Made by a program: the position numbers and the translations under genes. From Deltaproteobacteria bacterium (lineage in GTDB: Bacteria; Bdellovibrionota; FAC87; UBA2466): DNA of 64,000 bases. Below are positions 1 through 9,653 of the stretch, in pieces (positions within the stretch are counted from its first letter, which is position 1; each line of letters begins with the position of its first letter). The notes under the pieces are model-generated. The model had not been told where the DNA came from. It ran no database searches and saw only the letters and a program-made list of their open reading frames with translations. Where the stretch lies: assembly GCA_016196825.1 (NCBI GenBank), contig JACPWY010000007.1, positions 2,468 to 66,467 on the forward strand. The letters are read 5' to 3'.

Positions 1-662
1 AGACCGAACAAAGATGTGTTGTTTCCGGACGAATCCTTGCGCCCCAAGTAGTTGAGGCCGGTCTGTAGGCCGCCATCCAAGAAAAGATCGTTGTAAGTGA
101 CGAGTCTCAAGTAGTGGGTCGGCAGAACGGGACCTTTGCCCTCGTCGTGCGTGTGCCCGAACGTCCAACCGTTGGTGATGCCGAGAGTGAGGTCGAGATA
201 AAATGGCGTTGGCCAGAGATAGCTGTACTCCGCGCCCGTATCATTCACCCCCTCCTCGTACAAAAATTGAGTCTGCACCTTCGGTGCCGAGGTGAAAGGC
301 CAGTCGTGGCGGTGAGTCTGATTGAGGCGCCCCACGCCGAGAAAGTATTGCCCTACCTTGAACCGTGAGCGAGGGATGAGCCTTGAGGATCCAATAGTAA
401 GCTCGTGAATTTCAAATTTGTATTCCCCGTCTTCATTGTGCGCTGCCAAGTTGAGAGCGCCGTCCCAGGTCTGGTCGATGGGAGCATACAGGACTACCTC
501 ACCTTCACGTGGGAGAAGGCGATTATCGGCCGTTCCGAGGAAATTACCGACGATATCACCAGCAACGGAGATCTGAAGACCGGTTCCGGCTGCCTCGGGC
601 CTCGCCGCCTGCGAGAAACAGACAAGCGAGAAGAGAATCAGCAGGGAGCGGTTTTTCAGCAT
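1..662 (-). CDS. Outer-membrane beta-barrel/zinc-regulated receptor-like protein (partial, runs off left edge)
   Basis: Not in ORF track. Manual translation from ATG 662: MLKNRSLLILFSLVCFSQAA (signal peptide)...AHNEDGEYKFEIHE...GRLNQTHRHDWPF, open to the window edge. ATG overlaps the stop of the upstream lipoprotein gene (TGATG). His-rich motifs resemble zinc-regulated OM receptors. Confidence 0.6.
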   Translation of the reverse strand, partial: MLKNRSLLILFSLVCFSQAARPEAAGTGLQISVAGDIVGNFLGTADNRLLPREGEVVLYAPIDQTWDGALNLAAHNEDGEYKFEIHELTIGSSRLIPRSRFKVGQYFLGVGRLNQTHRHDWPFTSAPKVQTQFLYEEGVNDTGAEYSYLWPTPFYLDLTLGITNGWTFGHTHDEGKGPVLPTHYLRLVTYNDLFLDGGLQTGLNYLGRKDSSGNNTSLFG

Positions 663-1285
663 CAATTCTCCGAGAACTTGGCGGCGCTCGGCACCGCTTC
701 AGTGAGGCTCGCCTTGGTCAGCGAAACTCCCCAGAACGCACCAGCGCCTTGGCCGGGCGCTTCGAGTCCGGCGCCTTCTGAATTGAGAAGGGCTGTGGAA
801 TCCTCAAACGTTGTGTTCGTGCTCCAGACCAAGATGTGGGCCGGTGATTCGTCGTTGTGAACGTCAATCTGAAAGCCCAATTTGTCGGCGGCATTGAGAG
901 TCGCAAACTGCGCGGAAACATCGGTCGTTTTGTCGACCGCGAGGAGCTCGACCTTCAAGACAGCTCCGTTTCGGCTGAACTTCACCGACACGCCGCTTTG
1001 AAGTTTGTTAGTGCTATTGGCGATGAGACTCAAATCTCCTCCGTCCTGGAGAGTGAAGAATAGTCGGTAGCTATTCTTGGAGGCAGTTTCGCTCAAGGGG
1101 GTGTTAAAGACAATGCTGCCGGTGCCGGTCAGGTTGGCATCGCTTTTCGCGAGGTCACCTGGCGTCACAACGATGTATTTTTGGCCGCCGAGGGTTTCGG
1201 TCGCCGTATTTCCGGTGCGGCCGCTGCAGCCGAACAAGAGCGAAACGATAAAGAGAAGTGTGAGACGGGTTCCGATATTCATCAT
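662..1285 (-). CDS. Lipoprotein, unknown function
   Basis: AAGGA RBS before ATG 1285; signal peptide with lipobox LLFG-C. Confidence 0.75.
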   Translation of the reverse strand: MMNIGTRLTLLFIVSLLFGCSGRTGNTATETLGGQKYIVVTPGDLAKSDANLTGTGSIVFNTPLSETASKNSYRLFFTLQDGGDLSLIANSTNKLQSGVSVKFSRNGAVLKVELLAVDKTTDVSAQFATLNAADKLGFQIDVHNDESPAHILVWSTNTTFEDSTALLNSEGAGLEAPGQGAGAFWGVSLTKASLTEAVPSAAKFSEN

Positions 1286-1437
1286 AGTATTTTCCTTTTT
1301 GAGAGGCCGCGAACTTAGCACAAAAGTGCGAGCCTGAGAGCGAAAAAAAGACTCTTTGCGTCATCATGCGCGACGCCCGTCTTATGGATGGTTTTCAGCC
1401 CTAAGGGCTCAAGATCACTTGGGTATCCTTAGAGCTC

Positions 1438-1743
1438 TTAGTGCAGAGGAGCGGAACCGGTGTAGATCTGGTGCTTCGGGCGGCCGGCGAGGATCTGCTC
1501 CTTGCCCCAGTTGGTGACCTTGGCGAAGGACTCGGAACGGATGAAGGCGTCAAAGGCGGCCTTGTCATTCCATTCGGAGACGATCAAATAGGAGGTGGGC
1601 GCGGCCACATCCTTATAGAGATGGGAATCTGTGTGGCCGGGGGCGTCTTTGAGAGCCGCGATGACCTGCGCGAAGGCTCTTTCGAAGACCTCTTCCTTAC
1701 CGGCGAGGACGTTATAATTCATTCCAACTGTAACCATAAACAT
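1438..1743 (-). CDS. Antibiotic biosynthesis monooxygenase (ABM/HmoA-like) family protein
   Basis: 101 aa; PG...YLIVSEW...AF pattern typical of the ABM dimeric alpha-beta barrel. Confidence 0.85.
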   Translation of the reverse strand: MFMVTVGMNYNVLAGKEEVFERAFAQVIAALKDAPGHTDSHLYKDVAAPTSYLIVSEWNDKAAFDAFIRSESFAKVTNWGKEQILAGRPKHQIYTGSAPLH

Positions 1744-1773
1744 CGTTGTACGACAGGACGGGGGTGGGGGGAA

Positions 1774-2586
1774 CTATTTTTTTTTGGCGGGATTCAGGAT
1801 CGGTGGGCCCTTGGGGGTGGGGGCACGCAAAGTCTCGGCGAGTACCTCTCTTAAGAATGAGGTCGTCTCATCGCTGCCGGGGCTGAAGAGAGCGAGCTCA
1901 ATCGCCCCTTTGATATCGGCGCTCTCGGGGTTGAACGGCGTGGCCAGCAGCGTATTCAACTCAACGCGCACGCGGCGCTTGCTGAAGCGCAGGCGCCGAT
2001 CAGAGAAGGACACGGCTAGGCCCTCGGGTTTGCCTTTGGGGTCCACGCGGCCCACCCCGGAACTGGCGAAAAAGGTGGATTTCAGCGCCTCTTCATCGGC
2101 GGTGTTGGAGGGCGTTTGGGGCGAACGGAATTGAACATAGAGCGCGTTGCGGGAACTTTGGTTGTCCTTAGTGGGAACGCGCAGCTGCGACTGGTTGCCT
2201 GAGACATCGGCGACGAGGAGGAACGAGCCAAATTGAGAGAGTTTGTCGCCGGGGTTGGCGTTGCCCAAGATTATCTGCAAGACCTGCTGGCCTTTGAATT
2301 GGTTTTGGTACGGGGCTGGGAGCAGCGTTGAATCGACCTCGAAGCCAATGGCGTATAGGCCCGTCGTTGCGCCAAAGCTCAGCTTTTCGGTGGTGGTTCC
2401 TCGTCGAAAACTGAGTTCGCCCAGGGAGGCGTTCTGCTTGAGGTTGAAGAGTTCGGTGAAGGCGGTGGAGTTGCTAGGGGGCGTAGCCCCGGTTGCCAAC
2501 GAAATGGCGAGCGACACGATAATGAAGGGTATTGGTGAAATGTGGTCTAGGGCTCGCATGATCATTGGCCGGTGAGCGATTTCCAA
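1774..2586 (-). CDS. Hypothetical exported protein
   Basis: 270-aa ORF with N-terminal hydrophobic segment, in operon-like arrangement; start uncertain. Confidence 0.6.
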   Translation of the reverse strand: MEIAHRPMIMRALDHISPIPFIIVSLAISLATGATPPSNSTAFTELFNLKQNASLGELSFRRGTTTEKLSFGATTGLYAIGFEVDSTLLPAPYQNQFKGQQVLQIILGNANPGDKLSQFGSFLLVADVSGNQSQLRVPTKDNQSSRNALYVQFRSPQTPSNTADEEALKSTFFASSGVGRVDPKGKPEGLAVSFSDRRLRFSKRRVRVELNTLLATPFNPESADIKGAIELALFSPGSDETTSFLREVLAETLRAPTPKGPPILNPAKKK

Positions 2587-2864
2587 ACTTTGTCGAAGTC
2601 GTCCGCCTCCACCTCAGAATAGATTTCCGGGGCGGCTTCTCCGTCCCGGTAAAGCGCCACGACACAACCGACGTCATTGCAAAATCCGAGGCAGCCGGTG
2701 CGGGTGATCCAAAACTGAGAGCGAATCCCCTCCTGGATAAGCTTGTCTTTCGTTTTGGCGAAAAACTCGTGTCCGCCAACCTTTTTGCAGCAGGATTTTC
2801 CTTCGGGGCGCTCATTGGTGCAGACGTAAAGATGAGCCTCGGGGCGATCCGTGATCGGCTTCAT
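2562..2864 (-). CDS. Thioredoxin-like [2Fe-2S] ferredoxin
   Basis: VCTNER..SCC and GCLGFC motifs; start overlaps stop of upstream oxidoreductase. Confidence 0.85.
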   Translation of the reverse strand: MKPITDRPEAHLYVCTNERPEGKSCCKKVGGHEFFAKTKDKLIQEGIRSQFWITRTGCLGFCNDVGCVVALYRDGEAAPEIYSEVEADDFDKVWKSLTGQ

Positions 2865-5800
2865 ACGCGTTCGACCTTTCCCTTCTGAAAGAGGAAATCA
2901 AGATAAAGGTTGGTGAGCTTTTCCTGGACCGTGTTCTGACGGAGCCGATCGTTTAGGTTCTGGAAATCGACGTGGTCGAGCGGCTGGTCCTGGTTGTAGC
3001 AGGAGAAGATGATCGTCTCTTCACCGGTCTTGGGATCAATGTGTTTTTGCAAGCACTGGGCACAGACCTCCTTCATCATGCATTGCATGGGGGAGTTGAT
3101 TGAACCGATCGCGACGTGGTCGAGCCGGAAATAGGGTTTGAGCACCTCGTGCCGCGCCTTTTGCACCGCCGCCATCATGCGGTCTGAGCCGATGGCGAGA
3201 ATGTGGGTGACCTCATTGAGGGAAAAGGGCGGGCTCTTCTGGAGCTTGCCCTGGCCATACTGTTCCATGGCCTGGACGATGTTGCCGATGAATCCGATGT
3301 CGTTGGGGCGGCGTGGGCTGATGGGGTCCCCCTTGTCGACGCTCCAGATCACCTGATCGGTGTGGGCCTCGATCTCGTTTTGCTTGAAGAGATCGTCCTT
3401 TCTCTTATAGCCGGCGAAATAGACAACTCGATTGTTCTTCTCCTTGAGGGCCTTTGCGATTGAGAGAAGAACGGCGTTGCCGAGGCCGCCGCCGGCCAGA
3501 AGGACCAATTCGTTTTGGGGGATATCGGACGGTGTGCCCGTGGGGCCCATGACGACGACTGGGTCGCCGGGCTTCAGCGTCGCGCAGAGGCGCGAGCTTG
3601 CTCCCATCTCTAGGACGATGACGCTTAGGAGATCGTTGGCTTTGTCCACCCAAGCGCCGGTGAGAGCCATGCCCTCCGTCATGAGCTTGGAGTTGCCGAT
3701 GCCGTGAGATTCGCTCTCGAAGTTTTGAAAACGATAAAACTGACCGGGCTGGAATTTTCGGGCAGCGTAACGTGCCTTCACCACGACCTCGACAATAGTG
3801 GGCGTGAGGCGAATCACCTTGACCACCTTCGGGACCAGAGTCTGGCCGAGGAAGTTGGCTAGGTTGATGAACTTCTCTGAGGGAGAGGCTTCCTTTTCAG
3901 CGTGGGCGATGTCGGATGTGAAAAGTTTGAAGACGTGGCGCGCGCCGTGTTTGGCGGAGGCCATCGCCTTTACCACATTGCCGGCATAGTTCGGGTGGTT
4001 GTCGCCATAGAACGAGACATATTTGCCCTGGTGAGTGTGTGAGAGGAAAAAGGCTTCGCGATCATCTCGGGCGGCGAGGGCGAGCTTCCGAGTGCCATCA
4101 GAGGCGATTTCGATCTTGAACTTTTTGAAGAACGTCTTTTTCTCGTCGAGCTCAAACGAACCCGGGTGTTCCTTTTCATAGATGGTGTTGGGCGAGGTGC
4201 CGGCCGCCACACAGAGTGTGCGGGCATTAAGCAGGAGCTTCTCGCCATTTCCGCGTTGGAATGTGACCTGGGCGAGAGCGCCGTACTTATCCGCGTGGGC
4301 CTCCACTGGGTTGCAGTTTTCGATAAATTGGATTCCTTCCTCGAGTGCCTTAGCCACCTCTTCGTGGTTGAGGCGGTAGGCCGGGGAGTCGATCATTCTC
4401 TTGCGGTAGACAAGCGAAACGCCGCCCCACTCGCGGCACAGCTTGATAAAGTTAGGCGAGCGGCCCTCTTTCTCGGCGAGTCGTCGCTCGTCCCGAATGC
4501 GCCGGCCGTGCTCAAGAAAGAGGTTGAGGTTCTCCTTCTCCTCGACATCGCAGAGGCGTGCGGCGAGGCCTTCACCGTATTCCTTAGTGAGGGTCTCAAA
4601 GCGCTCGAGAATCTTTTCGACCTGGACCGGGTAATAGGCCAAGAGCTCAGTCGCGGTGTCTATTGCTGTGAGTCCGCCGCCAATGACCACCGCCGGAAGG
4701 TGGACCTGAAGATTGGTAAGCGAATTGCGCTTGAATGCGCCGGTCAACTGGAGGCCCATGAGAAAATCGCTCGCCTTGCGGATGCCCCGCATGAGGTTGT
4801 TCTTAATGGAAACGATATTGGGCTTGCCGGCGCCTGTTGCAATGGCGATGTGATCAAATCCTAGCTCCCACGCGTCAGCCAGTTCTAGCGTGCCACCGAA
4901 TCGTACGCCGCCGAAGAACCGCAGGTGTTTTCGCCGGAGAAGCGAAAGGTAGATCACTGAGAGAAAATTCTTGTCCCAGCGGACGGTGATGCCGTACTCG
5001 GACACGCCGCCAAAGCCGGTGAGAATGCGTTCGTCGAGCTCCTTCTTGAGCTCGTTGAAATGTTGAATGGGCTTTGGGTATTCGCGATCAATGCCGGTCA
5101 GGGTCGAGTCTACGGGCTCGAGCTTGAGGCCATCGATCCCAACGACGCCAAAGCCTTCGTTGGCGAGGTAGTGGCTCAGCGTGTAGCCTGCGGGGCCGAG
5201 TCCGACGACGAGGACATTCTTGCCATTAAATGGGAGCGCATACGGCCGTTCGCGGTTGAGCGGATTAAAGCGCGTGAGCAACGAGTAGATCTCAAAGCCA
5301 TAGGGCATCGAGAGGACATCGGTTAGGACTGCAGTTTCATTTTGCGGGATATTGACCGGTTCCTGCTTCTGGAAGATGCAGCCCTTCATGCAATCATTGC
5401 AGATGCGATGGCCGGTGCCCGGGCACATCGGATTGTCGAGCATGATCATGGCGAGCGAGCCGATCACATCGCCTTGACGACGGAGTAGGTGCATCTCGGA
5501 AATTCTTTCATCGAGCGGGCAACCCTCGAGAGCAATGCCGAGAGGATTTTTCTTATAGCCACCGGCCTTTTCGACGAAGCCGGTGGAGCAGGAATCCTTC
5601 TGGCGCGGGTGACAGATGATGCAATAGTCGATCTCTCTGAGCACCTGCTTCGAATTCATGCGGTTGTCGGTGAGCTTGAATCCGTCGCGGCATCGCAGGG
5701 CGTGGTCGGGACCAATCATCTTTTCCGGAATCCTGGGATCGGGCTTCACCACTTCTACGAGGTTTTCGTACTCGATTTTGGCGGCGCGAACGAAGGAGGC

Positions 5801-6460
5801 CCAATTCTTCAGGGAGGCGCGGCGCTCGGGGTCGACCCAGAGCTGGACACACCAGTCTTCAAAAGACTGGAGAGAATTCTTGGCCTTCTCAGTGGGAGAG
5901 GATCCGGCGAGGTGAAGACACAGACTCTGGAGCCTTTGGTTTTCGAGTGTGTCGAGAGGTTTTTGGGCCTTGAGCTTGGTCTCACAATCCAGAATGAAGA
6001 GAACGGTCTGGGCGACGGTGAGCTCTTCATCGGATGGGTGCGGGGTTGAATCGTTCGAGAGGATCTTGCGGACCGTTTTATCGAGCTCCTTGAATTGCTG
6101 AGGCGAGATCGGTTGCTCCTCTAGACGCTTGAAGACGCGGATATTCAGGAAGTCTTTCTTGAAGCGGAAGACGGGGGCGAGGTCGAGGGTGGCCTTTTTG
6201 AGCTTGGCCTCATGGGTGGAGACATTGAACAGTCGCCCGATGAAATCGCCGAGAACCTTGGCGGTCTCGACGAGGACTTCGGACTCTTCGGGGCGAGCGA
6301 CCTTGCCAACGGTGTTGTCGTACTTGGCTCTGAGGCCGGCATTTTGGTCCCCGGCAAACTTCCAGAACTCGGTGTGAAGACCCTTGAGCTTTGAGGGCTC
6401 ATAGAGATCGGAAAACTTGAATTGGCCTATGCCGAGTGGGAAGTCCCTCACGTTGCTCAT
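2861..6460 (-). CDS. Fused GltD/NfnB-like FAD Fe-S oxidoreductase + NfnA/PyrK-like FNR domain
   Basis: CIIC..C...GCP and CPGTGHRICNDC Fe-S motifs; GLGPAG and GGGLTAID dinucleotide folds; C-terminal GPTG, GGGLG and MQCMMKEVCAQC [2Fe-2S] motif. Confidence 0.85.
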   Translation of the reverse strand: MSNVRDFPLGIGQFKFSDLYEPSKLKGLHTEFWKFAGDQNAGLRAKYDNTVGKVARPEESEVLVETAKVLGDFIGRLFNVSTHEAKLKKATLDLAPVFRFKKDFLNIRVFKRLEEQPISPQQFKELDKTVRKILSNDSTPHPSDEELTVAQTVLFILDCETKLKAQKPLDTLENQRLQSLCLHLAGSSPTEKAKNSLQSFEDWCVQLWVDPERRASLKNWASFVRAAKIEYENLVEVVKPDPRIPEKMIGPDHALRCRDGFKLTDNRMNSKQVLREIDYCIICHPRQKDSCSTGFVEKAGGYKKNPLGIALEGCPLDERISEMHLLRRQGDVIGSLAMIMLDNPMCPGTGHRICNDCMKGCIFQKQEPVNIPQNETAVLTDVLSMPYGFEIYSLLTRFNPLNRERPYALPFNGKNVLVVGLGPAGYTLSHYLANEGFGVVGIDGLKLEPVDSTLTGIDREYPKPIQHFNELKKELDERILTGFGGVSEYGITVRWDKNFLSVIYLSLLRRKHLRFFGGVRFGGTLELADAWELGFDHIAIATGAGKPNIVSIKNNLMRGIRKASDFLMGLQLTGAFKRNSLTNLQVHLPAVVIGGGLTAIDTATELLAYYPVQVEKILERFETLTKEYGEGLAARLCDVEEKENLNLFLEHGRRIRDERRLAEKEGRSPNFIKLCREWGGVSLVYRKRMIDSPAYRLNHEEVAKALEEGIQFIENCNPVEAHADKYGALAQVTFQRGNGEKLLLNARTLCVAAGTSPNTIYEKEHPGSFELDEKKTFFKKFKIEIASDGTRKLALAARDDREAFFLSHTHQGKYVSFYGDNHPNYAGNVVKAMASAKHGARHVFKLFTSDIAHAEKEASPSEKFINLANFLGQTLVPKVVKVIRLTPTIVEVVVKARYAARKFQPGQFYRFQNFESESHGIGNSKLMTEGMALTGAWVDKANDLLSVIVLEMGASSRLCATLKPGDPVVVMGPTGTPSDIPQNELVLLAGGGLGNAVLLSIAKALKEKNNRVVYFAGYKRKDDLFKQNEIEAHTDQVIWSVDKGDPISPRRPNDIGFIGNIVQAMEQYGQGKLQKSPPFSLNEVTHILAIGSDRMMAAVQKARHEVLKPYFRLDHVAIGSINSPMQCMMKEVCAQCLQKHIDPKTGEETIIFSCYNQDQPLDHVDFQNLNDRLRQNTVQEKLTNLYLDFLFQKGKVERV

Positions 6461-6497
6461 ACAATTCTTGTTTTAATAACGGTAAGTTGTCTCAAAC

Positions 6498-6791
6498 TCA
6501 ACTTTTCCGGTTCATTTTCGAGCCAAACTTTTTCAATTGGTGCGAGGCTTTTTCCAGAGACTGAGAAAGTTTGTCCGCCCCCTTCGCGGCCATTTTCGCG
6601 GCCTGGGCCGCTGTCTCGACTCCTTTGGAGGTCACTTCCAGGCCCGAGGTCAGCGTGTCCTTGTTGAGCACTCGGTTGGCCAACTTGGACGACTGGCTGA
6701 TCACCTCTTTGGATACCTTCATTGATGTGCTCACGGCGGACCGGACATCCGAGACCGCTTTCAGAAGTTTATCGAGCTTTTTCTCAGACAT
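6498..6791 (-). CDS. Small helical hypothetical protein
   Basis: 97-aa Lys/Ala/Ser-rich ORF 3 bp downstream of the YD-repeat gene. Confidence 0.6.
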   Translation of the reverse strand: MSEKKLDKLLKAVSDVRSAVSTSMKVSKEVISQSSKLANRVLNKDTLTSGLEVTSKGVETAAQAAKMAAKGADKLSQSLEKASHQLKKFGSKMNRKS

Positions 6792-6794
6792 GAA

Positions 6795-8519
6795 TCACCC
6801 CATGGGCAACGGTACGCCCGCTGGTCGAATGATATTGAGTAGATTTTGAAACCCAGACATGACGGCGCGAATAATCTCTTGTGGCGTTTTCTGCGCGGAG
6901 GCATGGCCCGCGATCTTCGGCAGGAGAGTTTGCGTGGAGACGATACGTCCCGTGGGATCGTAGGCGATGCGAATCGTTCCGACCCCTTTTTCATCGATAA
7001 GAATCGGCTTCCCCTGGTTTCCATAGCGAAAGCTCAGGCGTGAGCCATTGGGCGAGGTCATTTCCGTGATGCGGCCAAAGCGGTCATAGTTGAGGGCGAC
7101 CGATTCGTTTTTTGAATTCGAGGCCTGGATTACATTGCCGCGCTTATCGTACCGGAAGGTGGAGATGATGCCATTTTGACTGAGGCGGGTGATCTTGTTG
7201 AAGCGCGGATCGTATTCGAATTTGAGGCTTTCGGAGGGGCTTGTTTTCTCCATAAGCATTCCGTTCGGAAAGTACTTGTAATCGGTGGTTACGCCGCCGG
7301 CGACGATCTGAAGGGGTTTGCCGCCGCTCAGGCCGTAGATGGTGACGGTGCTCTTGCCATTCTTCTTGGTTTCTAGGCGATAGAGATAGCGGGTGCCACT
7401 GGGCTCGGTGCGGATGGTGTAGTCGTCGATCTGCTCGTCGGTTTTTCCGTCAGCGAATTGGGTCACGTACTTAGTCCAGAAATGGTCACGAGGATCGGTC
7501 GCGCTCCGACCGTAACTATACTGGGTTTCCGCTCCGTCCTTTTCGCGGCTGAATGTGATGAGACCGTTCTCATCATATTTCATTTCGCGGGTGACCTTCT
7601 TTGCGTCGGTGGATTCGGTGAGGTAGTCGATTCCGGTGATGAGGTGAGGGTGCCGAGGGCTTTCGTATCGATAGGAAAAGGCTTGGTTCGTGGAATCGGT
7701 GACCTTGGTGAGATTTCCTTGCTGGTCGTACGTATAGGCCGTTCGGAGATTCCGATTGTCGACGGCCTCGATGATACGGTTCTTCCGCCAAGTGAAGCGG
7801 ATCGATACGCTCCTGTCCTCGCTCTGGAGCTGAACTATTTGGCTCTTCTCCTGAGTAGAATAGGTGAACAGCAACGTGAAGCCGTTCTTATCGGTCTGGC
7901 GGGCGATCCGACCGTTTTTGTCGTAGGCCTGGGAGAGCCCGTCGTATTTGCGGATCCAATAGTTATTTCTGTATTCCATGGTTTGCAGGCCGAATTCCGA
8001 CGAGATCAGGACCTCACCGCGGGGAAGCGGGCTTGTGATGTGAAACTGAGCGGCTGCGTCGGCACGGTATTTTGGCTCATTCGCGAGGCGAACCTCCATC
8101 GAGGGTGGAAGCGAAAGCTTGTTCACCTCGGCGTCGGACAGTTTTCGGCCGAGGCGGTCTTGGAAAAAGGCGCGCTTGAGATCGTGCATGAACCGCGCTT
8201 TGACCGCGGGACTCTCTTTCGCGCTGGCGAAGGTCAGTGTGTTTCCGGAGAATCCGTCGCGCAGAAGAATCTTACGATCGCCGGTGAGCGTGATGACCGA
8301 TTCCATAAGGCTCGTCCAGCCCCAGCCGAAGGCGCCGTTCCACCCATTGGTTTCAAAGACAGCGGTGATGGAATTGTAGGAGCGGGCGAGCTCGACCGGC
8401 AGCACGGGACCGGGAATGCTGAAATCCACATAGAGTAAATTCATGCTGCCGTTGAGTCGGTTGACGTTAAGCGCCAGCAGACTTGTCGACGCAATGAATA
8501 AGATGAGCGCGGTTTTCAT
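6795..8519 (-). CDS. Secreted YD/RHS-repeat protein with DUF6531-like N-terminal domain
   Basis: Signal peptide; LARSYNS...FGWGW motif; repeated YD..G units; no DPxG cleavage motif or toxin tip. Confidence 0.85.
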   Translation of the reverse strand: MKTALILFIASTSLLALNVNRLNGSMNLLYVDFSIPGPVLPVELARSYNSITAVFETNGWNGAFGWGWTSLMESVITLTGDRKILLRDGFSGNTLTFASAKESPAVKARFMHDLKRAFFQDRLGRKLSDAEVNKLSLPPSMEVRLANEPKYRADAAAQFHITSPLPRGEVLISSEFGLQTMEYRNNYWIRKYDGLSQAYDKNGRIARQTDKNGFTLLFTYSTQEKSQIVQLQSEDRSVSIRFTWRKNRIIEAVDNRNLRTAYTYDQQGNLTKVTDSTNQAFSYRYESPRHPHLITGIDYLTESTDAKKVTREMKYDENGLITFSREKDGAETQYSYGRSATDPRDHFWTKYVTQFADGKTDEQIDDYTIRTEPSGTRYLYRLETKKNGKSTVTIYGLSGGKPLQIVAGGVTTDYKYFPNGMLMEKTSPSESLKFEYDPRFNKITRLSQNGIISTFRYDKRGNVIQASNSKNESVALNYDRFGRITEMTSPNGSRLSFRYGNQGKPILIDEKGVGTIRIAYDPTGRIVSTQTLLPKIAGHASAQKTPQEIIRAVMSGFQNLLNIIRPAGVPLPMG

Positions 8520-8555
8520 GAACTCTTATTATACTAATGATGGAAATCGGAAGAA

Positions 8556-9653
8556 ATGAAAGGAACGCTGATGAAGCGACTTGTCACGATCCTCTCTCTT
8601 GCCATTATGGCTGGTTTTTTCACTGAGTTAGCCGCGAGAATCGGGGTGACGATTTCACTGGGTTGGAGCGCTGTGTCAACGAAGTTGATGCGCCACCCCG
8701 AGGAACTTTGGTTTTCCTATTATCCGGAATTGCGTCGCATCTTGGCGGCTCCTGGAGAGGCCGCGCCGCGGGTGCTCTTGGTTGGGGCGTCTGTGATCGC
8801 GGGTGGCCGGGGCTATGGCTCAGTGGTTGATCGCCTTCGGGAGGAGGGACGGCGAGCGGGAGTGGAGATTTCCATCGCGAATGCTGGGGTCCCAGCTCAC
8901 ACATCGGTGGATGCGCTGTTCAAATATCGACTGTTGGGGGAGCGGCGTTTTGATCTCGTCATCTGGTCGGAAGGGTTCAATGAAGTGCGGGCGAATAATT
9001 GCCCCGATGGGGATTTTCGGAGCGATTATTCCCACTACAGTTGGTATCGACGATTGCGGGTCCTTGAGCGGCACCCGGAGTTGAAGTTTATAGCCCTGCC
9101 ATATGTGGTGGACAGCCTTGTGGAGGAGGCGCGTCACCTTCTGAGCGGGCACCGGGATCTGCCTCGGCATGCGCCGGTTGCGGAGTATCATCGATATGGG
9201 GAGAAGGTGAAGACGACTCTTTCGCTCGAGAAAAACCTGGAGGCGTTCTTGGGGGTTGCCCGACAGCGCGGGGAGGCGGTCGTGGTGGTGACCCAGCCGT
9301 TTTTTATTCCGCCGGACTATTCGCTGGAGAGGTTTCAAGGGCGGGCACTCGATTACAACAGCCATGTCTTGCCGGTGGAGCTCTGGGGTTCGGTCGAAGG
9401 GGTGCGAGCAGGGGCCGAGGCGCACAACGAAGCGATCCGGCGGGTGGCCGCCCGGGCGCGGGAGCGGGGCCAGGACGTGAAACTGATCGACTTGGCCACT
9501 CTTCTCACGGGGGGCCGAAAGTATTTCAATGATGTCTGCCACCTCACCGACGAGGGATCGCGTGTTTTTGCTCGGCAGATTCTCAATGCATGGGAGCGAG
9601 CGCGCCTTGCACGCGAAAGATCATCTCCCGTTCAAAAAGCCCCTCATTCCTGA
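8556..9653 (+). CDS. SGNH/GDSL hydrolase family protein
   Basis: VGAS block I, GFNE block III, DVCH block V; N-terminal membrane anchor; start may be 8571. Confidence 0.8.
   Translation: MKGTLMKRLVTILSLAIMAGFFTELAARIGVTISLGWSAVSTKLMRHPEELWFSYYPELRRILAAPGEAAPRVLLVGASVIAGGRGYGSVVDRLREEGRRAGVEISIANAGVPAHTSVDALFKYRLLGERRFDLVIWSEGFNEVRANNCPDGDFRSDYSHYSWYRRLRVLERHPELKFIALPYVVDSLVEEARHLLSGHRDLPRHAPVAEYHRYGEKVKTTLSLEKNLEAFLGVARQRGEAVVVVTQPFFIPPDYSLERFQGRALDYNSHVLPVELWGSVEGVRAGAEAHNEAIRRVAARARERGQDVKLIDLATLLTGGRKYFNDVCHLTDEGSRVFARQILNAWERARLARERSSPVQKAPHS

Noticed and set aside
1290-1437. Zur box or sigma54 promoter upstream of the lipoprotein/OM receptor genes
   Set aside because: Only a short GCAC-N4-GTGC palindrome; it lacks the -24 GG and does not match a Zur consensus.
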